Below, piece after piece: positions 19,081-27,267 of a DNA stretch of 36,843 bases. The position numbers and the translations under genes were made by a program. Every line of letters starts with the position of its first letter. The first letter of the stretch is position 1. Below the pieces are notes generated by a model. The model searched no databases, was not told where the DNA came from, and saw only the letters and a list, made by a program, of their open reading frames with translations. This DNA is from Candidatus Omnitrophota bacterium (GTDB lineage: Bacteria; Omnitrophota; Gorgyraeia; B26-G9), in contig JAKLQT010000244.1 of the NCBI GenBank assembly GCA_022013205.1, positions 1-36,843 on the forward strand, read 5' to 3'.

Positions 19081-20200
19081 TTATATCGCCTGCCCTATCA
19101 ATTCCAAGGCTAAAATTTCAGGACACAGCGCCGGCAATTCGGGAGCTGCCAGCAACTGCATTTTTTTCTCCGCCACGCCAAGCTGTTCCTCCAGCTTAGG
19201 CAAGGCGTTTTTCGGATCGCCAGTACGGATTTCCGTCTTCCACTCGCCGGCTAAATAAGGTTGCCGGCTCTTCTTCCGTAATTTTTACGGCAAAAACGCG
19301 CTTCTCCGGCACAGTCACCAATGCCGGACGCGGAAATAATTCCGAGAGATGCTGCCACCATTCTTTGAGCTTGTCTTTCAGCTTGTTCCTAAGCGAAATG
19401 TAATTTTTCAGCGGCCAAATTACGTAAGAATACGGCCAAATTAGCGGCATGATCGCCAGGGATAAATGCGGCTCATAAAAGTAAAGATGCAGATCGCCTT
19501 TCCAGTCTACGGCAAAGGCTTTGGGCCGGCTGAATTCCCGTTTCAGCGTCTTGTTTTCGTTTTGCGGATCATCCGCGAAAAGCTCAAGGTCACCTTGATA
19601 AAACACCAGCAGCCCGCGGCCATCCTCATAATTTTCATTAATATGTTTAGCTAAGAGCTCAACATAAAAAGCAACAACAAACACACCAGCGAGAGAAGAA
19701 ACTAAATACGTCAGAGCATTGAAGTTAAACCCTTTGATAGTAGAGACAAAATAAACGACAATTTTAGCCACCAGAGACGCCCAACATCCGGCCCGAATTT
19801 CCATCAGATGCTCTCGAATATCTTCCGGCAAATCCTCAAAAGCAATAATAATTTTGCCTTTCGGCTGGTTATTATCCCCGCGCTTGCCGCTAGTTGCCTT
19901 CTGCGCATTCTGCGGGTTCTTCCTGCCGGAAACACCAGGAGATTCCGCCGGCAGAGCCATCCTCATCGCCCCGCTTACACCGCCGGATGCCGCAGCGAAA
20001 AATTCCAAGCCGCCGGACGAAAACTGCGAGCCACGGTCTGCCAGCCGCGAATAAGCCGTTTGAAACTGCTCCGCTCCGATTTGCACCTGCGGATTCAAAG
20101 TCTTTGGCTCAGCGACCCGGCCTGTGCCGCACCACGCGCAATCCATCACCAAAAATGCCTGGATTAATACAAACGCAATCAATCTGAATAATTTATTCAT
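19081..20200 (-). pseudogene. IEQAI-family membrane protein with one frameshift before its tail
   Basis: Family signal + TLNPQVQI box, TM segments. ORF stops at 19196, but the adjacent frame is open 19284-19081 and ends PEILALELIGQAI*. Removing one A from the A5 run (19282-19286) restores it. Confidence 0.78.
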
Positions 20201-20291
20201 TTTATTTTATTTTTTCCATTTTCAAAATACTTAATTCATTAAAATAAATAAAGTTATGATTATATCCCGCCATTTTTTAAAATGGCATAAA

Positions 20292-20430
20292 AGTATACCA
20301 CATCTTTTCTCCCTTTGCAAAAAAAAGAATAAACATTTCATTACTGTAACACCTTATAATACAATGCGTTACACAAGCGTATCCGAGAGGTTAACCATTC
20401 TTTTGGCAGAAAAAACAAAAACCTGCGGCG
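20292..20430 (-). promoter_or_regulatory. Family leader copy 2
   Basis: TTGCAA-17-TATACT (20320-20292), TGTAAC-N17-GTTACA (20345-20373), GCAG-N13-CTGC (20406-20426). Confidence 0.72.
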
Positions 20431-20535
20431 AATAAATTGGTATTTACGATTAGTTTTGCGGCTCTCGCAATTTATTATGATTGTTGTTGCCCAAAAACCT
20501 TTACAGCGGAAAATCCTCTAATGATTCTTATCTAC

Positions 20536-20577
20536 TTGACTTATCTTAAAAAATATAGTATTCTTTTTTATAGGAGA
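20536..20577 (+). promoter_or_regulatory. Putative hicBA promoter and RBS
   Basis: TTGACT-17-TATTCT (20536-20564), AGGAGA at 20572-20577. Confidence 0.55.
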
Positions 20578-20584
20578 ATTACAT

Positions 20585-20812
20585 ATGTTAAAACGATTTA
20601 AAGTAATAATCGAGCCGGAATCTGGAGGCGGGTATTCCGTGCATGTACCTGCACTCCCGGGGTGTGCTTCACAAGGCGAAACTATAGAAGAAACGATTTC
20701 TAATATCAAAGAAGCTATTGAATTATATATCTGGTCCCTTAAGGAAGATAAACTGCCCATTCCTGATTCTGATATAGAGGTAGAGTTAAGAGAAGTAGAA
20801 GTTTCAGTATGA
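20585..20812 (+). CDS. hicB: HicB-family antitoxin (short form, no DNA-binding domain)
   Basis: GGYSVHVPALPGCASQGETIEETISNIKEAIELY motif, ATGA overlap with hicA. Confidence 0.9.
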   Translation: MLKRFKVIIEPESGGGYSVHVPALPGCASQGETIEETISNIKEAIELYIWSLKEDKLPIPDSDIEVELREVEVSV

Positions 20813-21039
20813 GTAAACTGCCGCATGTCCGCGGAAAAGAAGTTATTCGTGTTTTGCAAAAGCACGGATTTTTTATTAAACGCCAAAGCGGTTCTCATGT
20901 AATCATGCGCCACCAAACCGATCTTAACCGCAGATGCATCATTCCCTTGCATAGCTCTCAAACCATAAAACCCGGCACATTATATTCTATCCTCAAAGGC
21001 GCCGGGATTTCTATAGAAGAATTTGTTAAACTTCTCTAA
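20809..21039 (+). CDS. hicA: HicA-family mRNA interferase toxin
   Basis: L.KHGF...RQSGSHVIM, IPLH, IKPGTLYSILK.AGI. Confidence 0.92.
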   Translation: MSKLPHVRGKEVIRVLQKHGFFIKRQSGSHVIMRHQTDLNRRCIIPLHSSQTIKPGTLYSILKGAGISIEEFVKLL

Positions 21040-21157
21040 TAGAGATATTTTTTCCATTTAAGACCATCTCCTGCCACTGCCACCTCTTTCCTTACTTAGG
21101 GTCTGCTGAAAAACTCATCAGACCCTGATTACAAAGATTAAAAACAAGATTACATGA

Positions 21158-21211
21158 TTAAATATAGACGGAAAAATCAAATGCAATTATTTTAAATATC
21201 CTTTTATTCAT
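21158..21211 (-). pseudogene. 17-codon stub of an IEQAI-family gene
   Basis: MNKRIFKIIAFDFSVYI* behind the same leader as the radical SAM member. The first 11 residues match the family signal. Confidence 0.7.
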
Positions 21212-21385
21212 ACTTCAGCCCTTCTGCCATCATCCTTCAAGAAATCTCTCCCTGTTTCTATAAAATTTCAATGAATTTCTATCAATTTCCAACAATTCCT
21301 TATTTCTCAGTTTTAATTTAATTTCAATCAATTTCCACTAATTTCTTATTTCTTGTTTTTCAGTTTTCTTCTAAGCCAAGAACCA

Positions 21386-21407
21386 TCAGCCATGAGCTAA
21401 TGAGCTA
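21386..21407. repeat. Heptamer repeats after LELIEQAI stop
   Basis: TCAGCCA TGAGCTA a TGAGCTA, 2 nt from the stop at 21410. Confidence 0.7.
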
Positions 21408-21409
21408 AG

Positions 21410-24400
21410 TTATATCGCCTGCTCGATAAGTTCCAAATTAATGGTTAAATTTTCTTCAAGTTTTACGCTTACGCTCTCTAATAACATTTTCACTTGAATC
21501 TCTGATGGATCATCCACTTTTACCATATGTACATCCGGCAGTGATTCGGCGGAGATTACTGCCTGCGATGGGTCGTTTTTACCAAATATAGCTGTACGCA
21601 AATCAAAATTACTCTCAATATCCGCCCTAAGAATTTCTTCTTCTGCAGCATCCTCGGTTTTATAAACCTTCTCCAGAGCATACTGTTCTTCAATTTCCTG
21701 TTCAGTTTTAGTATTCATCGGCTTTAGCAATAAATCAAAAAGCCCTGTTGAAACCACCGGCTGGGTTTGCTGATACAATCCCGCAGTAATAGTACCCGGC
21801 ACAGAATGTCCGTAACAATCAGAGTAGTCGAATTCAGAACGGCCGCGGAAGAGCTGGAACACATACTGTTCAATTGCCCCTTCTTTAACTTTATCATTTA
21901 CCGCCGGCCTGTATTGAGAACCCGCAACAGGCAAGCCGGTTTTTTGCGACAATATATCCAGCGCCGCATAGAGTTTGTCGATTTCTCTTACACCAAACTG
22001 CGTACTCTCTTCCACAAAGATATCCGCTTGTTTATTGCCATCCTTGTCCTCCAATATTCTCAGCCTGACTATCCTTCTGGTAATAACGTTTCTATTCTCA
22101 TCCAATAATACCACTGCCTTGTTTGTCCCGTTAACCACATAACCCGTAAGCCCCCTGCTTAAATTAGTGCCATAGGTACAGCTCTGGCATGCCGTTGAGC
22201 CGCGATAGTTTCCTATGTTAAATAGAATATAGAAGTCATCGGTAAACTCAATAGCCGCCTTATCTCCTTTTTCCGTTGTTATTACATACTGAAGAAGCTT
22301 TTCCCAATTTTTAATTTTTTCAATCCGCGATTTTAAACCAGCGAACCCATCAAGATTATGCAATTTTTCATAAAGAGTCTCTCCTTGAGCTTGTTCAAAT
22401 GCTTTTTTAAGCGCTGTTTGTTCTTTTACAGAAAGCTTATTAATCTCTATATCTATAATTTCATCTATAGTCTTTTTATAATCTTCGCTTTCATATTTCC
22501 ATTGCTTAAAACGACCGTCAATTTCCGCCTCAAGGGCAGCTAAAATATTTTCATAGATTTCCTTATCGGTAATGGACCTTAGATAAATATCTATCAGATT
22601 ATAAATGTTTCTTCCTTGATGATCTCTCCATTTAAATCTTGGATTATTTGCCGCGTAATTTCTTAATTTTTCAAGGAAGACAGATTCATTCCCTATAGAT
22701 ATAAATTTTTTAAATCGAGCTAACAAAACTTCGGCATCAATCATTGCTAATCGCTCTGATAGATCTTTTATTTTTGCGTCATTAATGTCTTTTCCGGATA
22801 AGAGATCATTCAAAATAGCTTCACTATTGCTCTCAAAGATTTCGTTGATAAGTTCTGGAAACAGTTTATCTTTAGATTTTTTATAAGTATCAATGACTTT
22901 TAAATACTGTTCCAGGTAATACATCAGTTCATCATAAAATCTCTCTGAATTCTCCGGAGAAGGAAAACCTTCTCTTTGCTCAATAGCTTCCAGAAGTTTT
23001 GCCAAAAGCTCACCGCTGCGATCATAATTCAATGTCAATAACAAAACCATCTGTTCATATAATTTGTTTTTAACCGTAGCTAACTGGTCATGTATATTTT
23101 TATTGGTGTTTAACGATCTAATCAATTGCCTGAAGGTATTCAGGGTTTTTGTATCTGAGTTTATCCGTAACAGTATTCCATAAAATATATGCGGGATTTG
23201 TGTTGTTATTTTCGACAATGTAATCTGTTGAAATAAGTTATTGATGTCTTCTTTAAAACATTTCAATTCTTCACCGGACAGTTTCGTAGCCGCATATTTT
23301 CTTTCCTGGTATAAATTTCGCAGCTGTTTAAATACCTCTTTCTGCTGTTTCTTATCTTGCAATCGAACGGCATTTTCTAAGTAATCATAAAAAACAGTAT
23401 TCTCAGCCAATAAATAACGGTTCTCCTCAAGAAAATATCTTATAAAAAGTGCCTTTCCACCAAGTGTTGTTAAATTGCCTCCATTTTTGAGTTCATCAAT
23501 TATCTTTAGAATTATTGTATTATCTGTCGTGATACCAAATAAAACTTTTAAACAAATCCTTAATTGACTCCCGGCTGGCTGCCCCAAAAACTGAGTTTGC
23601 AACTCGGAAAATAATTCATCTTTTTTTTCAATTGATAAAGCGTCAATGGCCTGAAATCCATCAGCGAGCATATCTTCTTTGGCTTCTTGCGAAATACTTT
23701 CCAGCTTAAATCTTAAGATATCCAATAAACTAAGATTGCTGCCTTCCGCAATAAGATTTAACCCAGGAAATTTCTGCGCCTTATCAATTTCTTCCAATAC
23801 GCTGATTAAATCTTCCACCGTCTTACCCTGCCTGCTCAACCCTTGAGAAACCGGCTCAAGCTGTTCGATCTTGGCTTGTAAAACAAATAAGTTAGACAAA
23901 ATCCAGCCTGCCTGTCTTATGATAAAGTCTGCGTTAGGCATGCCCTGCAACTGCTGTTTTACAGCATTCGTTATTTCTTCTAATGACTGCTTTGGGTCTT
24001 CTATAATTGTTCTGATGATTTTCTTAATATCTTCTATCGAAAGATATTTTAGCAGTTCGTTTATCGAAGAAATCTCGATTTTATATCGTTCCGGGTTATT
24101 TCTAAAAAACCGATCAAAAATCTCCTTGGCTTGCGAAATATTTTCCAAAGAGAATAAATATTCGAATAAGCTGTTTTTTTGATCCTCGCCGATCCTCATT
24201 TCAGCCGGATGAAGCGTCACTTCCCGGTTCAGGTTATAGGCAATCTCATTTAGTTGCGTTTTAAAAGCAGGCTCAGACAATCTTCCAAGAATGTTTTCAA
24301 TATCCTTTCTCTGGTCTTTTATAAACCTCGCAAGCTTTATATTGATTTTTAATGCCTTGGCAATTATTGCTTCCGGTGCAGCGTTAAGAATTTGTATTTT

Positions 24401-26968
24401 AAAATCTTTGGGTATTAAATTGCTCCACAAAACCTGCTCTATAAATCCATATACTTTTCCATTTGCTTCTTTAAAATGCCTATTAAAAACACCATTTAAA
24501 ACAGGCTCTATGAGAAAATCCGACTTATCCAGGGCAATAAACACGTTTTTGATAATTTTAACATGAGAAATAAGTTCAGGATTAAATATTTCAAGGATAC
24601 TTTTAAAATCGGAATTATCCCCGTAAACTATTTTATATAGTAATACAGCTAGTACCGCATCTTTTAATTTTTTATTAGTAGAGTTAACCAAAATATCTTT
24701 TATTGTAGGATAGGCATCATTTAAGTCTAAAGTATGCTTCCATTTCTCGAAGTAATCCATGCCAAAAACCTGTTTATTTTCATCCTTATCATCCTTGAGC
24801 ATCTCCAAAAACAACTTTTGCACCCCCTGGTTTATCCTTTGACGCGCCGGATTTAGCAACCGCTCATTTTCAGGGTTTTTAATAAAATCTAACTCGAAAC
24901 CAAGTTCTTGGCATGTTTTCTCAATAGCCTCCTTCAAGTCTAATATGTCGTTTTCTTTGCTGTATATTTTTGTTCCTTTTGCCTTATTTTCATCCTCTCT
25001 ATAAATTCTCAAATATTCTCTAAATAGATTTCTATAATAATAAGAACTGCCCGTAAGATAATTCTCAAAAAGATAATTTTTGTCTTCGTGACTTATACCC
25101 AAATAGTCATTTTTTACAAAAGCCTCTTCAAATTTTCGAAATAAAGGATTATCAATGTGTGTTTGGAGAAAACTTGCGGGATTATCCCGGATAGTCTCCA
25201 CAACTTCCATTAAACCATCAACATTATTTTCTCTTAATTGATCCATTTGATCCGGGGTTAAGGAAGATAAAAATTTACCCAAAGAACGCAATAGAGGATT
25301 TTCTCCTGAAATTCCTTTCTCCCGCCAGGCGTTCATAATAATCAGCGGCGTTAATTCTACCCTTAACTCAGGATTTTCCTCCACTAATCTGAGTAGTAAT
25401 TTACCTAAATTAACACTTTCTTTCGTGCCTGAAGAAGATGCAATCAGCAGCGCGGAAATTTTGGTTTTTAACCACTGCCAATTTTCCGGCGTGAGTTTTA
25501 ACTCCTCAAGAGAACTGCATATCTCTATAAATGAATTCGATAAAACATATCCCACGTTCTGGTTGAAATACCTGCTTTGAGAGGCCTTGGCTAATAAGGT
25601 AGTTAAGGTATTGATTTCAGTTTTATATTGTTCGACAATCACAGACGTCCCAAAAGCCGTTAAAAGATGGTAAAATTTACCTTCCTCGGATTGGGCGATT
25701 TTCCCCAGCTCTCTGATTACAAAATTATAAATTTCAGGATCAAAATCATGGAATAGGGCTTCCTTAAGGATATCTTCCAGAGATAAATCGCTCCTGTCAT
25801 TTAGCGGGATAATTTTCCAGATAATCACCGCTAAAGATACCCGGTTATCCTGACTAAGTTCACTAATTAACGCTAAAAACTTTTTTTGCTTGGCTTTGCC
25901 GGATAACTGTTTGGAAAGAGCGGTTAATAATTTGTCCGCTAAAAAATTATATTCTCCGGCGCTATCATCTTTTTTATACACCTCATATACTATATTCCCG
26001 TTTCTCTTGATCTGAACACCGTCAATGCCAAATTTGTGCGTTAGTCCTATGTCATAATCTTTGGTTTTAATTAAAATACCGCCTTTAAACTTTACGCCTT
26101 TTAACGCGGCCATGGCCGAATCTATCGCCTTATTTGCCTGATAAAATCCGATGCGCTTTCTGATGTCCTTCTTATATCTATTCCATAACCAGGCTCCGCC
26201 GCCTAACAATAATGCCGAGCCAAGCGTACCTCCTACTACTTTTCCCAGAAAAGACAAATCTTTTTGCCAACCTTCCCTTTTCCTTTGCTTTTCCCTGTCA
26301 ATTGCCTCCGCGATTATTTTTTTATCGTCTTTAAATTTCTCGTCTACGAAGACCACCTTATGCTCCCTGTCCCCAATGAGAAACTGAAGCCTGGCGTCTG
26401 CTTTCATTCCCCATTCAGACAAGTTTTTTATCGCAACCAGATAATATTTTTTCGCGTCATCCTCATAAACCGGATATTTCGCGAGCAAGGCAATGCTTTC
26501 CTTTCGCCATTTTTCGTATTCATCCTGATGTTTCTTTTCTTCGTTATTCTGAAATATCGCCCATAAGCCTCCTATTTTTTTTCTATGCTTATCTTCTGCC
26601 TCTACCGCTTGTTTTAAATCCTGAGGAAGATTGCCGCGCAGGAAGCTAATATATTTTCTATGCTCTGCATCTTCATCTGCTCCTTCTAGATTTTGGGTTG
26701 TTGCCGCCGCTGATTTTTTTTCTGATTTCCCCAAACCGGCCACCCCAAAGGCCCCAAGCAAAAAATCACGGCGGCTGATTTTGGTACCCTTTTCCTGAGA
26801 TTCAGTAAAAATATTTTGCAGCGGGGCCTCTACCATATTTACCTTAGGCGCTAATAAACTTGCTCGTGTCGTATTGTCAGTAAATAAATTAACCCCGCAC
26901 CACGCGCAATCCATAACCAAAAACGCCTGGATTAATACAAACGCAATCAATCTGAATAATTTTTTCAT
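21410..26968 (-). CDS. Giant (1852 aa) IEQAI-family protein, mostly alpha-helical, one TM, C-terminal alpha/beta domain
   Basis: Family signal + LLAPKVNM box, internal SRRDFL, TM VVGGTLGSALLLGGGAWLW, ends INLELIEQAI*. Confidence 0.85.
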   Translation of the reverse strand: MKKLFRLIAFVLIQAFLVMDCAWCGVNLFTDNTTRASLLAPKVNMVEAPLQNIFTESQEKGTKISRRDFLLGAFGVAGLGKSEKKSAAATTQNLEGADEDAEHRKYISFLRGNLPQDLKQAVEAEDKHRKKIGGLWAIFQNNEEKKHQDEYEKWRKESIALLAKYPVYEDDAKKYYLVAIKNLSEWGMKADARLQFLIGDREHKVVFVDEKFKDDKKIIAEAIDREKQRKREGWQKDLSFLGKVVGGTLGSALLLGGGAWLWNRYKKDIRKRIGFYQANKAIDSAMAALKGVKFKGGILIKTKDYDIGLTHKFGIDGVQIKRNGNIVYEVYKKDDSAGEYNFLADKLLTALSKQLSGKAKQKKFLALISELSQDNRVSLAVIIWKIIPLNDRSDLSLEDILKEALFHDFDPEIYNFVIRELGKIAQSEEGKFYHLLTAFGTSVIVEQYKTEINTLTTLLAKASQSRYFNQNVGYVLSNSFIEICSSLEELKLTPENWQWLKTKISALLIASSSGTKESVNLGKLLLRLVEENPELRVELTPLIIMNAWREKGISGENPLLRSLGKFLSSLTPDQMDQLRENNVDGLMEVVETIRDNPASFLQTHIDNPLFRKFEEAFVKNDYLGISHEDKNYLFENYLTGSSYYYRNLFREYLRIYREDENKAKGTKIYSKENDILDLKEAIEKTCQELGFELDFIKNPENERLLNPARQRINQGVQKLFLEMLKDDKDENKQVFGMDYFEKWKHTLDLNDAYPTIKDILVNSTNKKLKDAVLAVLLYKIVYGDNSDFKSILEIFNPELISHVKIIKNVFIALDKSDFLIEPVLNGVFNRHFKEANGKVYGFIEQVLWSNLIPKDFKIQILNAAPEAIIAKALKINIKLARFIKDQRKDIENILGRLSEPAFKTQLNEIAYNLNREVTLHPAEMRIGEDQKNSLFEYLFSLENISQAKEIFDRFFRNNPERYKIEISSINELLKYLSIEDIKKIIRTIIEDPKQSLEEITNAVKQQLQGMPNADFIIRQAGWILSNLFVLQAKIEQLEPVSQGLSRQGKTVEDLISVLEEIDKAQKFPGLNLIAEGSNLSLLDILRFKLESISQEAKEDMLADGFQAIDALSIEKKDELFSELQTQFLGQPAGSQLRICLKVLFGITTDNTIILKIIDELKNGGNLTTLGGKALFIRYFLEENRYLLAENTVFYDYLENAVRLQDKKQQKEVFKQLRNLYQERKYAATKLSGEELKCFKEDINNLFQQITLSKITTQIPHIFYGILLRINSDTKTLNTFRQLIRSLNTNKNIHDQLATVKNKLYEQMVLLLTLNYDRSGELLAKLLEAIEQREGFPSPENSERFYDELMYYLEQYLKVIDTYKKSKDKLFPELINEIFESNSEAILNDLLSGKDINDAKIKDLSERLAMIDAEVLLARFKKFISIGNESVFLEKLRNYAANNPRFKWRDHQGRNIYNLIDIYLRSITDKEIYENILAALEAEIDGRFKQWKYESEDYKKTIDEIIDIEINKLSVKEQTALKKAFEQAQGETLYEKLHNLDGFAGLKSRIEKIKNWEKLLQYVITTEKGDKAAIEFTDDFYILFNIGNYRGSTACQSCTYGTNLSRGLTGYVVNGTNKAVVLLDENRNVITRRIVRLRILEDKDGNKQADIFVEESTQFGVREIDKLYAALDILSQKTGLPVAGSQYRPAVNDKVKEGAIEQYVFQLFRGRSEFDYSDCYGHSVPGTITAGLYQQTQPVVSTGLFDLLLKPMNTKTEQEIEEQYALEKVYKTEDAAEEEILRADIESNFDLRTAIFGKNDPSQAVISAESLPDVHMVKVDDPSEIQVKMLLESVSVKLEENLTINLELIEQAI

Positions 26969-27058
26969 TTTATTTTATTTTTCCCATTTTCAAAATACTT
27001 AATTCATTAAAACAAATAAAGTTATGATTATATTCTGTCATTTTAAAAAAGGCATTTA

Positions 27059-27196
27059 AGTATACCATATCTTTTCTGCCTTTACAAGGGAGGCGGTAAA
27101 TATTTTATTGATGTAACATCTTAAAATACAATGTGTTATGTAAATATACCCGAAAAGAAAACCATTCTTTTGGCAGGAAAAACAAAAACTTGCGGT
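27059..27196 (-). promoter_or_regulatory. Family leader copy 3
   Basis: TTGTAA-17-TATACT (27087-27059), TGTAAC-N17-GTTATG (27112-27140), GCAG-N13-TTGC (27173-27193). Confidence 0.72.
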
Positions 27197-27267
27197 GAAT
27201 TGTTTGCAGCCTAAATGATAAACAATGATATTTGAGAACATCCTTCTAATGCAAATTTCGGGATGAT

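Noticed and set aside
15405-19198. Stop-codon readthrough or recoded genetic code explaining the detached tails
   Set aside because: The tails are in different frames from the upstream ORFs, and mfd and pdxA end at TGA, so the standard code applies.
20126-20200. Lipoprotein lipobox in DCAWC
   Set aside because: AWC is a poor lipobox and the Cys is absent in other members (SWA, TWG, GFS, GMA).
20518-20961. 147-aa minus-strand ORF
   Set aside because: Antisense shadow of the well-supported hicBA pair.
21410-21440. IEQAI as ssrA degron, BAM beta-signal or T9SS CTD
   Set aside because: No LAA end, no terminal aromatic residue, and no ~70-aa beta-rich CTD. The preceding linkers are unalignable.
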